A stretch of 64,000 nt of DNA, taken from Candidatus Omnitrophota bacterium. GTDB taxonomy: Bacteria; Omnitrophota; Gorgyraeia; B26-G9. Every line of letters begins with the position of its first letter. The stretch's first letter is position 1. Shown piece after piece: positions 1 to 8,810 of this stretch. A program made the position numbers and the translations under genes. Location: the NCBI GenBank assembly GCA_043805415.1, contig JAZDHZ010000033.1, positions 89,600-153,599 of the forward strand, in the 5' to 3' direction. The notes beneath the pieces are model-generated. The model saw only the letters and a program-made list of their open reading frames with translations, was not told where the DNA came from and did no database searches.

Positions 1-1460
1 AAAAATGGCGGTTTAAAAAAAATAGAGTTGATCCAAATATAAAAGACATTGATTTCGCGAGCAGGTTTTTTTTATTTGCTTTTTTTGCGTTTATTATTTT
101 TTCATTTCCGCCATATTTGAGTCTGGGTAAGATATTTATTCCTTTTCCCTCATTTTTCCTGTATAAGAGTTTTTCGATGTTTCGCAACTATGCCAGAATC
201 GGGATTTTCGTTTTAATCTCAATGTGTGTTCTTGCTGGATACGGACTAGCTTATTTTATTGAGAATTTCTCCGGCAAAAAGAAACTTGGTGTTATCATTT
301 TATTGGGGAGTTTGATTTGTTTTGAATTTTTACCTTATCCGCCACAAAAAGTTGTTGACGCGACAACAGTAGCTCCTGTTTATGCGTGGTTGTCTAAACA
401 GCAAGGAGATTTTATTGTGGTTGAATATCCTATAGACGCAGATGAAAGGCCGTATTTATTTTCACAGCGCTATCATAAAAAGCGATTGATAAACGGAATA
501 ATTCCTGGAACCAAGGCTGCGGCTGTACGGAAAAAGATTATTGACATTAACGCGGAAAAAACCGCAGGCATCTTAGGATTTCTTGGTGCTAAATATCTGG
601 TGATGCATGAAGATAAATACACTAATTATGAGGGAGGTGTAATCCTCGGGCAAATCCCTGATCTTAGAGCAAACAGGGGATATGTGCTGGTAAAGGATTT
701 TGGGAATGAGAAGATTTATGAGATAACCGCGAAAGCAGTTGATCCGGAAAATGTAGTTGAAAATAATAATAATAATCAATCATCCCCGGATCGTAGCCTA
801 GAAGATAATAATTTTGGGTTTACGGTTGGCGATAAGTTTTCTTATTCAATTAAATATCTGGGGCTTGTTCCGTTATTAGATGTTTATGTGGAAGTAAAAA
901 AGGCGCGGGGTGAAAAAAATTTAGTGATTGAAGCTGATGCCAAAGCAAAAGGTATTATTGCGAAATTTATGGATATTGATATCAAATTGAAATCAATGAT
1001 CAATAAAGATGCTACTATCCCACTGGCTTACACCCAGAGTATAAGGATGCGTAAGGATACCAAACTAAAGGATGTTGTGTTTGACCGTGAGCAGTTGGTT
1101 ATGCTTAGGGGAGATAGGAAGGTATCGATTAATAAGTATACCCAGGATCCGCTTTCAGCGATCTTTTATATCGCGGCCTTTGATTTTAATCATGTGCGTA
1201 AGTTTGATGTTTTTATCAATCCGGGTAAGACAAATTATAAGCTGCGTGCAGAGGTTGTAGGAAAAACACAAAAAAAAGCTTTTAAGAGAAAAATGGATTG
1301 TTGGGAAATTAAGGGAGAATATTTTAGCTTAAAAGGTAAGCAGGAAAAGATAGCATCAGTTAAAATGTGGTTTCTAAATGACAAGGCAAAACCTTTAGTG
1401 CGTATGGAGGTTTTAACAAAAGCAGGGTTTATTACTGTTGAGAAGAATACTGAAAATTAA
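1..1460 (+). CDS. membrane protein, 5'-partial (runs off left edge), with C-terminal DUF3108-like domain
   Basis: The frame of the listed 117..1460 ORF stays open from nt 3. My translation of nt 3-116 is KWRFKKNRVDPNIKDIDFASRFFLFAFFAFIIFSFPPY with no stop, so the TTG at 117 is probably internal. There are several hydrophobic helices near the start. The last ~230 aa (FGFTVGDKFSYSIKYLGL...FITVEK) fit my recollection of the DUF3108 pattern. Sugar-modifying genes follow. Confidence 0.5.
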   Translation, partial: KWRFKKNRVDPNIKDIDFASRFFLFAFFAFIIFSFPPYLSLGKIFIPFPSFFLYKSFSMFRNYARIGIFVLISMCVLAGYGLAYFIENFSGKKKLGVIILLGSLICFEFLPYPPQKVVDATTVAPVYAWLSKQQGDFIVVEYPIDADERPYLFSQRYHKKRLINGIIPGTKAAAVRKKIIDINAEKTAGILGFLGAKYLVMHEDKYTNYEGGVILGQIPDLRANRGYVLVKDFGNEKIYEITAKAVDPENVVENNNNNQSSPDRSLEDNNFGFTVGDKFSYSIKYLGLVPLLDVYVEVKKARGEKNLVIEADAKAKGIIAKFMDIDIKLKSMINKDATIPLAYTQSIRMRKDTKLKDVVFDREQLVMLRGDRKVSINKYTQDPLSAIFYIAAFDFNHVRKFDVFINPGKTNYKLRAEVVGKTQKKAFKRKMDCWEIKGEYFSLKGKQEKIASVKMWFLNDKAKPLVRMEVLTKAGFITVEKNTEN

Positions 1461-1474
1461 ATAGGGAGTGAAGA

Positions 1475-2509
1475 ATGAAAATTCTAATAACCGGCGGAGC
1501 CGGACTGGTTGGATCGCATTGCGCCGAGTTTTACGCGCGGAAAAAAGCTAAAGTTATTGTGCTGGATAATTTAATGCGCTCGGAATTATTTAAATCAAAA
1601 AAACAAAGTGTGGAGTATAATTGGAATTATCTGGCTAAGTATAAAAATATCACAAGAATCAAAGGTGATGTGCGCAATGAACAAGATGTAAAAAAAGCAA
1701 TCGGTACAGGGGTTGACGCGGTGATTCATACTGCCGGCCAGCCGGGTGTGCCGTCTTCGGTGCGTATGCCCAGAGAAGATTTCAGTATTAATGCTTATGG
1801 GACTTTAAATGTGCTGGAATGTTTGCGCAAGAAAAGCCCAAAAGCGGCATTTGTCTATTGTTCTACAAATAAAGTCTATGGGGAAAATGTTGACAAAATT
1901 TTATTAAAGAAATTAAAAACCCGATATATTTATAAAAATATTAAAGGGGTTGATGAAACAACCTTGACTGATCTGACCGGGCATACGCCTTATGGAGTAA
2001 GTAAACTGGTCGGAGATTTGTATACCCAGGAATACGCGCATATTTATGGCATGAAGACAGCGGTTTTTAGAATGAGCTGTATCTATGGCCAGCGTCAATT
2101 TGGGTTTGAGGATCAGGGCTGGGTAGCCTGGTTTATTATTGCCAGCTTGCTGGGTAAACAAGTTACTATATTTGGTGACGGCAAACAAGTCAGAGACTTA
2201 TTATATGCTGAGGATCTGGTGCGGGCTTATGATTGCTTTATCCAAGGCAAGCAGTCGCATGCTTTGGTTAATATCGGAGGCGGAGGTAAAAACACTATAT
2301 CATTACTTGAATTTGTTAGCAAAATCAAAAACATTACTGGCAAAGAGTTAAAAGTTAAATTCGCTGATTGGCGGCCTTCGGATCAGAAAGTTTATATCAG
2401 CGATATCAGTAAAGTAAAAAAAATGCTTGGCTGGCAGCCTGAGATAAGTGTTGAGCAAGGGCTGTTAAAATTAGGGCAATGGGTAAAACAGAATATAAAG
2501 ATATTTTAG
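1475..2509 (+). CDS. NAD-dependent sugar-nucleotide epimerase/dehydratase (extended SDR)
   Basis: Rossmann motif ILITGGAGLVGSH at the N-terminus, catalytic YxxxK (YGVSK), 344 aa, GGGAG Shine-Dalgarno just upstream of the ATG. Confidence 0.8.
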   Translation: MKILITGGAGLVGSHCAEFYARKKAKVIVLDNLMRSELFKSKKQSVEYNWNYLAKYKNITRIKGDVRNEQDVKKAIGTGVDAVIHTAGQPGVPSSVRMPREDFSINAYGTLNVLECLRKKSPKAAFVYCSTNKVYGENVDKILLKKLKTRYIYKNIKGVDETTLTDLTGHTPYGVSKLVGDLYTQEYAHIYGMKTAVFRMSCIYGQRQFGFEDQGWVAWFIIASLLGKQVTIFGDGKQVRDLLYAEDLVRAYDCFIQGKQSHALVNIGGGGKNTISLLEFVSKIKNITGKELKVKFADWRPSDQKVYISDISKVKKMLGWQPEISVEQGLLKLGQWVKQNIKIF

Positions 2510-2554
2510 ATTGTTGTGCAGTCAAAAACATATCTTTTAGCTAAGCCCTGAACA
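2490..2554. repeat. direct repeat copy 1 (~60 bp) covering the stop codon and 3' flank of the epimerase gene
   Basis: AGAATATAAAGATATTTTA, then 10 nt, then CAGTCAAAAACATATCTTTTAGCTAAGCCCTGAACA. A near-identical copy lies at 3337-3395. Confidence 0.85.
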
Positions 2555-2571
2555 GCTTCGAAGGAGAGGCA

Positions 2572-3345
2572 ATGAATACCAAACCAGTGGATTCGCAGCA
2601 TTATAGTAAAGATTACTATTATAATGATAATGACGGACATAAAGAATTTGAACAAGGTTTAGATTTTGCGATGCATGGGAAATTTAAAAGATTCTTTGAT
2701 ATTGTCAATCCTGTTAAAGGCCAAAAAATTCTTGATATCGGCTGCGGAAGAGGCGAAATAGCTTATTATTCAGCGCAAAGAGGATGTGAGGTTTATTCAG
2801 TTGATTATAGCAGCGCGGCTGTGGAAATCGCTAAAAAGACATTAGAAAAGCTGTCCGCGGAAAAAAAGAATCTGGTAAAAGTTGAGTGTCTGGATATTAT
2901 CGAAGCGGAAATAAAAGAAAAATTTGATATTGTAGCATTAATTGATGTTTTGGAGCATCTTACTCCCAGACAAGCAGAAAAGTTATTTATGAATTTCAAG
3001 GATTTAGTAACTGATAAAAGTAAGGTTTTTATTAGTACGCCAAATGGTTTTTATGAGCAATATCTGTATATTTTTAAACATATGATACAATATCCCTGGA
3101 AACCATTTAAAATTCTTTGGCGGCTTTCCTGGGGGAAGTTTAAACCAAAAGGGTTTAAAGAGTTCTTTAAAAAAGCATTTAGCCTGCTTCCGGAAAGTTC
3201 AGAGAATATAGAGCTTATGCATGTGAATGTAATGACTCCTCTAGCAATAAAAAAACTTTTAAAGAAAAATGGATTTAAGGTAAAATTTTATCAGGGGAAT
3301 AATTTCATTGATAAAGAAATTGTGGTAGTGGGCAAGAGAATATAA
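2572..3345 (+). CDS. class I SAM-dependent methyltransferase
   Basis: Motif I ILDIGCGRGEIA, acidic loop VYSVDYS, ALIDVLEHL motif, AAGGAGAGG Shine-Dalgarno. Confidence 0.75.
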   Translation: MNTKPVDSQHYSKDYYYNDNDGHKEFEQGLDFAMHGKFKRFFDIVNPVKGQKILDIGCGRGEIAYYSAQRGCEVYSVDYSSAAVEIAKKTLEKLSAEKKNLVKVECLDIIEAEIKEKFDIVALIDVLEHLTPRQAEKLFMNFKDLVTDKSKVFISTPNGFYEQYLYIFKHMIQYPWKPFKILWRLSWGKFKPKGFKEFFKKAFSLLPESSENIELMHVNVMTPLAIKKLLKKNGFKVKFYQGNNFIDKEIVVVGKRI

Positions 3346-3395
3346 AGATATTTTAAAAACAGTCAAAAACATAGCTTTTAGCTAAGCCCTGGACA
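3337..3395. repeat. direct repeat copy 2 covering the stop codon and 3' flank of the methyltransferase gene
   Basis: AGAATATAAAGATATTTTA, then 4 nt, then CAGTCAAAAACATAGCTTTTAGCTAAGCCCTGGACA. The 19-nt arm is identical to 2490-2508 and the 35-36-nt arm has 2 mismatches. Confidence 0.85.
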
Positions 3396-3426
3396 ACGTA
3401 GTGTTGCCCAGGGTTCGCGTTTTTGA
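3387..3426 (+). terminator. intrinsic terminator after the methyltransferase gene
   Basis: Stem CCCTGGACAAC / GTTGCCCAGGG (11 bp, 1 mismatch), loop GTAGT, then TTCGCGTTTTT. Confidence 0.55.
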
Positions 3427-3457
3427 TGGAAAACAGAGTTTAGGTTGTGATTATTTA

Positions 3458-3486
3458 TTGACAAAATATATATTATCTGATAATTT
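3458..3486 (+). promoter_or_regulatory. sigma70-type promoter for the AAA ATPase gene
   Basis: TTGACA (3458-3463), 17-nt spacer ending in TGA, TAATTT (3481-3486). AGGAGGG Shine-Dalgarno lies before the ATG at 3530. Confidence 0.5.
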
Positions 3487-3529
3487 ATATTTACCAGATG
3501 TTTATTATTAAATAATCCAGGAGGGTATT

Positions 3530-4774
3530 ATGATTTATCATCGGTTAATAACCAATAAAATAGTTGCGCGTTTATCAGATCCTGATATTCTTATCTTAGT
3601 TGGGGCGAGACAAGTGGGAAAAACAACGATATTAAGGCAGATAAAAGAGTCTTTATCTTCTAAAGGAGAACAGACAGAATTTATTAATCTTGAAGATTTA
3701 GAATATGTGAAATTATTAGATGAAAGCCCTAAAAATCTATTCAAAATAATAGCTTTGCCGGAGAAAAAGAAGATTTTTGTTTTTGTTGATGAAATCCAAT
3801 ATCTTAAAAATCCAACTAATTTCCTGAAATATATTTATGATGAGTTTAAGGATAAAGTTAAGCTTATTGTCTCGGGATCGTCAGCGTTTTATATTGATGA
3901 AAAATTTAAAGATTCACTTGCGGGAAGAAAAATTATATTTCCCGTCCATACTCTCAGTTTGCCGGAAATGCTTATTTTTCAGGGGCATGAGGATTTAGCC
4001 GAAAAAACAGCGTTTAAAATAAGGTCTAAGAATATATTCTTGGAGGATTTTCCGCTTAAGGAAAAAGAAAAGGTTACTGCTTGTATCAACAGTCTTCTTA
4101 TCTTTGGAGGGTATCCTCGGGTTGTTTTAGAAAAAGATGTTTCCAGGAAAAGGGAGATAATAGAAGAAATAGCTTTATCTTATATAAAAAAAGATGTGCT
4201 GGAAGCAAATATTAAGAGAACTAATAAGTTTTATGAACTTTTTAAACTGCTAAGTTCTCAAGTAGGAAGCTTGCTTAATGTTAATGAACTTTCTAATACA
4301 CTTAATATATCTCAGACTTCCTTAAATAATTATTTGCATGTAATGAGAAAGTCGTTTCATATTGTTCTTATTCGGCCGTTTTATAAGAATTTGAGGAAAG
4401 AATTAACTAAAATGCCCAAGCTATATTTTATGGATTTGGGATTGAAGAATTTTTTTCTTAAAGATTTTACCCCGCTTGCCTTGCGTGAAAATCCTGGGTT
4501 TTTATACGAAAATTTTATATTTAAGCAATTCGCGGAATTGTTTTCCCTTGACGATATAAAATTTTGGAGGACACAAACTGGTAACGAAACAGATTTTATT
4601 TTAGAAAATAAAACAGCTTGTGAAGTAAAATATAATATTAATAATTTTTCAGTGGCAAAGTATAAAATGTTTTTGAATAGTTATGATGATTTTACTCTAA
4701 ATGTAATATATCATACAGGGATAGTTAAAGATAATGTCCTTAAAGATAAGCGGTTCAATTTTATAAGACTGTAA
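3530..4774 (+). CDS. AAA-family ATPase with DUF4143-like C-terminal region
   Basis: Walker A GARQVGKTT, Walker B FVFVDEIQ, 414 aa. The architecture matches my recollection of the AAA_14 + DUF4143 family. Visibly more AT-rich than its neighbours. Confidence 0.7.
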   Translation: MIYHRLITNKIVARLSDPDILILVGARQVGKTTILRQIKESLSSKGEQTEFINLEDLEYVKLLDESPKNLFKIIALPEKKKIFVFVDEIQYLKNPTNFLKYIYDEFKDKVKLIVSGSSAFYIDEKFKDSLAGRKIIFPVHTLSLPEMLIFQGHEDLAEKTAFKIRSKNIFLEDFPLKEKEKVTACINSLLIFGGYPRVVLEKDVSRKREIIEEIALSYIKKDVLEANIKRTNKFYELFKLLSSQVGSLLNVNELSNTLNISQTSLNNYLHVMRKSFHIVLIRPFYKNLRKELTKMPKLYFMDLGLKNFFLKDFTPLALRENPGFLYENFIFKQFAELFSLDDIKFWRTQTGNETDFILENKTACEVKYNINNFSVAKYKMFLNSYDDFTLNVIYHTGIVKDNVLKDKRFNFIRL

Positions 4775-4857
4775 ATCATGATAAGCCATCTGAAATAATG
4801 CCAAAGATTTTAGCTGAATTGATAATAACTGAATATTGAAATGCATAGGGTGAATAA

Positions 4858-6507
4858 ATGAAAGTTGCTTTATTACAGCTGAATATGACTGTAGGGGATA
4901 TTTCCGGTAATAGCGCGAAGATCATCAGCGCGGTTAATCATGCCAGTGCTGATAATGTCGATCTGTGCGTTAGTTCGGAATTGGCGCTTTTGGGTTATCC
5001 GCCGCGGGATCTGCTGTTTAATCATGCTTTTATTGCCCAAGCGCAAGCCGCGCTTAAAGACATTGCTTTAAAATTAAAAGATAGCCCGGCACTTATTTTA
5101 GGCACTGTCGAGCCGGTCGCGCGGGCCGGAGCAGGTAAGCCCTTGTATAATTGCGCTGTGCTTGTTCATAAGGGTAGTGTGCAGCAATCATTTCACAAGA
5201 GTCTTTTACCGACATATGATGTGTTTGATGAAGAACGTTATTTTGAGCCGGCGCTGACTCCGGGGATGTTTGAATTCAATGGGATTAAGATCGGCGTGAC
5301 GATCTGCGAAGATGTGTGGAATGATATTGATTTTAATACCAGCCGGCGCTATAAAACTGATCCTTTGCAGCTTTTGGCTAAAAACAACGCGCAATGCATA
5401 ATTAATCTTTCTGCTTCGCCGTTTTCTTTGGGCAAACAAAAATTAAGAGAAAAGTTGCTGGCTAATATTGCTAAAAAATATCAGATTGATTTGGTTTACG
5501 TTAATCAGGTCGGAGGTAATGATGATCTGGTTTTTGACGGGCGCAGTTGTGTGTTTGATAAACAAGGCGATTTGATTGCCAAGGCCAAGGCTTTCGCGGA
5601 AGATATATTGATTTGTGATATTAAGTCAAACGCGGAAAAAATTAAAAACCATGAATGTTTGCCTGAGGCTGAAGCCTGGAAAGCCTTGGTATTGGGCACG
5701 CACGATTATGTTGAGAAATGCGGATTTAAAAAAGTACTGTTGGGCTTATCCGGGGGAATTGATTCGGCGCTGACCGCGGTGATCGCGGTTGAAGCTTTGG
5801 GTGCGGATAATGTTCTGGGCGTATTATTGCCGTCGCCTTATTCAAGCAAAGGCAGTATTGATGATTCCTTAAAACTTGCCGTTAATCTGGGGATTAAAAC
5901 AATCACAATCGCGATTAAGGATATTATGCAGGCATATGCTAATGGTTTAAAACAGTCCTTTACTGATTTTGAGCCGGGATTGACGGAAGAAAATATCCAG
6001 GCAAGAATCCGCGGCAATATTTTGATGGCTTTGTCTAATAAATACAATTCCATGCTTTTGACAACCGGCAATAAATCTGAATTGGCTGTGGGTTATTGTA
6101 CGATTTATGGAGATATGTCCGGAGGGTTTGCGGTGATATCTGATGTGCCGAAAACTTTAGTTTATCGGATCGCGAACTATGTAAATAAAATAAAAGGAAC
6201 TGAGACAATTCCTCAAGTTATTATTGATAAAGCGCCGAGTGCTGAATTGCGGCCCAACCAGTTAGATCAGGATAGTTTGCCGGAATATGATGTCTTGGAC
6301 GCGATTTTATTCCTCTGTATTGAACAGCATAAATCAGCGCAAGAAATAATAGACGAGGGATTTGATGCTGAGGTGGTTAAAAGAGTTTTGAATCTTTTGT
6401 ATAAGGCGGAGTTTAAGCGTAAGCAGGCTGCTCCGGGGGTGAAAATAACGGACCGGGCTTTTGGCATTGGCTGGCGCATGCCGATTGCGTACAAGCGAAA
6501 TTTCTAA
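4858..6507 (+). CDS. nadE: glutamine-dependent NAD+ synthetase
   Basis: N-terminal CN-hydrolase domain (ELALLGYPP, ICEDVW) and C-terminal NAD synthetase with PP-loop LSGGIDSA; 549 aa. Confidence 0.9.
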   Translation: MKVALLQLNMTVGDISGNSAKIISAVNHASADNVDLCVSSELALLGYPPRDLLFNHAFIAQAQAALKDIALKLKDSPALILGTVEPVARAGAGKPLYNCAVLVHKGSVQQSFHKSLLPTYDVFDEERYFEPALTPGMFEFNGIKIGVTICEDVWNDIDFNTSRRYKTDPLQLLAKNNAQCIINLSASPFSLGKQKLREKLLANIAKKYQIDLVYVNQVGGNDDLVFDGRSCVFDKQGDLIAKAKAFAEDILICDIKSNAEKIKNHECLPEAEAWKALVLGTHDYVEKCGFKKVLLGLSGGIDSALTAVIAVEALGADNVLGVLLPSPYSSKGSIDDSLKLAVNLGIKTITIAIKDIMQAYANGLKQSFTDFEPGLTEENIQARIRGNILMALSNKYNSMLLTTGNKSELAVGYCTIYGDMSGGFAVISDVPKTLVYRIANYVNKIKGTETIPQVIIDKAPSAELRPNQLDQDSLPEYDVLDAILFLCIEQHKSAQEIIDEGFDAEVVKRVLNLLYKAEFKRKQAAPGVKITDRAFGIGWRMPIAYKRNF

Positions 6508-6509
6508 AA

Positions 6510-6628
6510 GGACACCAGGACACCAGGTCACAAGGACGCAAGAGCAGTTATGAATTACGAATGATGAGTTACGAGTTAAAAGCAGGAAAAGCAAAGAACT
6601 AAAACAGTTCATAAAGTCAAAGATAAAG
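6510..6628. repeat. mosaic tandem-oligomer 3'-UTR element, copy A
   Basis: Starts 3 nt after the nadE stop. Octamers GGACACCA GGACACCA GGTCACAA GGACGCAA (6510-6541). Heptamers AGTTATG AATTACG AATGATG AGTTACG AGTTAAA (6546-6580). Then AGCAGGAAAAGCAAAGAACTAAAACAGTTCATAAAG, which is shared with copy C. Confidence 0.85.
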
Positions 6629-6688
6629 ATGTTTAGAAGGGCAAAAAGGAATTTGGTGTTAGTAACGGGAAAGGAAAGGTTTTAAATC

Positions 6689-8110
6689 ATGAAGAAAGTG
6701 GTTTTTTATATCATGGCGGGCGGTGAGGGAATGAGACTTTGGCCTTTGAGCCGGGCCAGTTTTCCTAAACAGCTGCATCATTTATTAGGAGACAGTTCTT
6801 TATTGCAGCAGTCGATTGAACGGGTTTTAAAAATCAGTGATCCGAAAAATATCATGATCGGCACAAGAGATGATTTGTATTTTTCCATACAAGACCAGTG
6901 GAAAAAAATGAACTTAAAATGTGAGCCCTGGCTTTTGCTGGAACCAATGAGCCGCAATACCGCGCCAGCCATTGCTCTGGCCTGTCACGCGGCCCGTGAG
7001 CGTTTTGGCGAAGATGTGATTATTGTGACTTTAGCTTCGGATCACGCGATCAAAGATGAAAAACGGTTTCATCAGCTGCTTAAAACCGGGATAAAAATAG
7101 CGGAACAGGGCAATATAGTTACTTTTGGCATAGTCCCCACATATCCGGAGACGGGATATGGTTATATTAATGTGGGTAAGCAGATTGAAAAAGATGTTTT
7201 TCAGGTAGCGGCATTTAAAGAAAAACCCAGCATTGACATTGCTAAAAAATATCTTAAAACCAAAAAATATCTTTGGAATAGCGGAATGTTTGTGTTTGAT
7301 ACAAAAGTTATTGCTGATAATATGGAAAAATTCGCTCCGGATGTCTGGAAGGTGAGTAAGAAAGTATGGGACAAACGAATTGAAAATAAAGACAAAATCG
7401 GATTTGATAAAAAACAATTTGAAAGTTTTCCCTCGATTTCAATTGATTTCGCGGTTATGGAAAAAGCGCCAAAGCGGGCAGTGATCAAAGCGGATTTTCA
7501 ATGGTGTGATGTGGGCTGCTGGCATATGCTGCATCAGATATCTAAAAAAGATAAAGATAATAATGTTTTATCCGGAGATATATCTACTGTGGATACGTAT
7601 AATTCGTTTATTAAAAGCGAAAAAAGATTTGTGGCCACAGTGGGAATAAATAATCTGGTGGTTATTGATACCCCGGATGCTCTGCTTATTTCTGATAAAG
7701 ATCGTTCGCAGGATGTAAAGACAATTGTCAGCAGGCTAAATGAGAAACAGTCATCTCTGACCAAATTTCATACAACAGTTTACCGTCCCTGGGGTAAGTA
7801 TACGGTACTGGAGGAAGGCCCATTTTATAAAATTAAAAGAGTAGTGGTTAATCCTAAACAGCAGCTATCTTTACAAAAACATTTAAAACGCAGTGAGCAT
7901 TGGGTGGTAGTCTCAGGCACAGCCAGAATAATTTGCGGGGATAATTCAATTCTGCTTAAAGCAAATGAAAGTGTGTTTATTGCTAAAGGCCGCAAACATA
8001 GAATTACTAATCCCTATTCTAAGCCGGTTACAATTATCGAAGTTCAGACAGGCGGATATTTGGAAGAAGATGATATTATCCGGTTTGAGGATAAGTATGA
8101 AAGAAAATAA
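6689..8110 (+). CDS. manC: mannose-1-phosphate guanylyltransferase / mannose-6-phosphate isomerase
   Basis: N-terminal nucleotidyltransferase motif AGGEGMRLWPLSR and a C-terminal cupin (RPWGKY...EHWVVVSG...HRITNP); 473 aa. Confidence 0.85.
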   Translation: MKKVVFYIMAGGEGMRLWPLSRASFPKQLHHLLGDSSLLQQSIERVLKISDPKNIMIGTRDDLYFSIQDQWKKMNLKCEPWLLLEPMSRNTAPAIALACHAARERFGEDVIIVTLASDHAIKDEKRFHQLLKTGIKIAEQGNIVTFGIVPTYPETGYGYINVGKQIEKDVFQVAAFKEKPSIDIAKKYLKTKKYLWNSGMFVFDTKVIADNMEKFAPDVWKVSKKVWDKRIENKDKIGFDKKQFESFPSISIDFAVMEKAPKRAVIKADFQWCDVGCWHMLHQISKKDKDNNVLSGDISTVDTYNSFIKSEKRFVATVGINNLVVIDTPDALLISDKDRSQDVKTIVSRLNEKQSSLTKFHTTVYRPWGKYTVLEEGPFYKIKRVVVNPKQQLSLQKHLKRSEHWVVVSGTARIICGDNSILLKANESVFIAKGRKHRITNPYSKPVTIIEVQTGGYLEEDDIIRFEDKYERK

Positions 8111-8130
8111 TTTAGCGTAAAGCGTTTAGG

Positions 8131-8235
8131 AAAAGCAGTTATGAATTATGAGTTATGAGTGATGAGTTAAAAAATAAAAGGAATTAGCTATTGACCATTG
8201 ATTTGGTGATACGCGATACGCACGACGCAATCCAG
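8131..8235. repeat. mosaic tandem-heptamer 3'-UTR element, copy B
   Basis: Lies 21 nt after the manC stop. AGTTATG AATTATG AGTTATG AGTGATG AGTTAAA (8137-8171), CTATTGA CCATTGA module, then GATACGC GATACGC ACGACGC AATCCAG (8208-8235). Confidence 0.85.
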
Positions 8236-8245
8236 AAAATAAAAA

Positions 8246-8275
8246 TTGGCATATTTTTATTAAATAGGGTATAAT
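8246..8275 (+). promoter_or_regulatory. sigma70-type promoter with no ORF behind it
   Basis: TTGGCA (8246-8251), 18-nt spacer, consensus TATAAT (8270-8275). Confidence 0.4.
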
Positions 8276-8281
8276 TATTAT

Positions 8282-8581
8282 GTAATATGAGTACAACTAA
8301 ATTTCCAAAATGCGATTTATGTTGTAACCATAATTAGAAAAAGGCAAACCTCACGTGAGTGGGGGGCGTCCCAAGAGTCGGATGGATTAAGTAAGACAAA
8401 GGGACCTTGAAAAAAAAGAACGCTATAATATATAAAATATTTTTCAAGGCAAAGCTACGGGTCTAAAAGGGAAAATTGTAAATGGATTTTATTTGTTTTC
8501 AAGTTAGATAGCCGGGCTACCGAAAAATGGTGAACAATATTCCAACCGAACTATCTGGGACAGATGGATCGGTTTTATTTT
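8282..8581 (+). ncRNA. candidate ~300-nt non-coding RNA of unknown family
   Basis: Bounded by the promoter at 8246-8275 and the terminator at 8546-8581, with no credible ORF between. It contains a perfect 10-bp hairpin, CCTTGAAAAA (8405-8414) / TTTTTCAAGG (8440-8449). It also has a 6-bp stem capped by a GNRA loop: CCTCAC-GTGA-GTGGGG (8349-8364). I could not assign a family by eye. Confidence 0.25.
8546..8581 (+). terminator. intrinsic terminator inside the manC-pilin intergenic region
   Basis: CCGAACTATCTG (8546-8557) pairs with CAGATGGATCGG (8561-8572) with one mismatch and one G-U pair. TTTTATTTT follows. Confidence 0.5.
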
Positions 8582-8756
8582 ATATAGGGTTTGAAAATGC
8601 AGAAGGCAATTAATATCTGCAGAAAGGAGGCGCAACTGATAAAATAAACCTGCTGATTTTAGGTTTGTGGGGTCAGAAGCAGTCCTATAATCAGTCAAAC
8701 TGGGAATAAACAACATGGATAAAATTTTAGAGCGAAATTCTTGGGGAAGAATTAGC

Positions 8757-8785
8757 TTGACAGGAAAACATTGTTTTGATAAATA
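8757..8785 (+). promoter_or_regulatory. near-consensus sigma70 promoter of the orphan pilin gene
   Basis: TTGACA (8757-8762), 17-nt spacer ending in TGA (extended -10), TAAATA (8780-8785). GGAGGA Shine-Dalgarno lies before the ATG at 8811. Confidence 0.55.
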
Positions 8786-8810
8786 TATATATATAACTGG
8801 AGGAAATAAA

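Noticed and set aside
8238-8261. AT-only 9-bp hairpin (AATAAAAAT/ATTTTTATT) at the end of repeat copy B as a terminator
   Set aside because: There are no G-C pairs and no following U-tract, and it overlaps the putative -35 of the 8246 promoter. It is too weak to call.
8287-8337. 16-codon ORF MSTTKFPKCDLCCNHN right after the 8246 promoter
   Set aside because: No Shine-Dalgarno, and it is very short with nothing to support translation. It might be a leader peptide, but there is no evidence.
8343-8405. Possible c-di-GMP-I (GEMM-I) riboswitch: GGCAAACC followed by a GNRA-capped hairpin
   Set aside because: The start resembles the Vc2 riboswitch, but the conserved ACGCAAAGC segment and the second (receptor) hairpin are not recognisable. 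I kept it only as part of the candidate sRNA region, to be tested with a covariance model.
8742-8757. Sigma54-like -24/-12 element (TGGGGAAGAATTAGCT) upstream of the orphan pilin
   Set aside because: The GG and GC spacing fits, but the rest of the consensus is poor. A much better sigma70 promoter (TTGACA-N17-TAAATA) overlaps it. No PilR-type enhancer sites are evident.
8715-8810. Upstream extension of the pilin ORF (listed start at 8715)
   Set aside because: It would place 32 residues before the class III signal peptide and would include the promoter. The ATG at 8811 has the GGAGGA Shine-Dalgarno.
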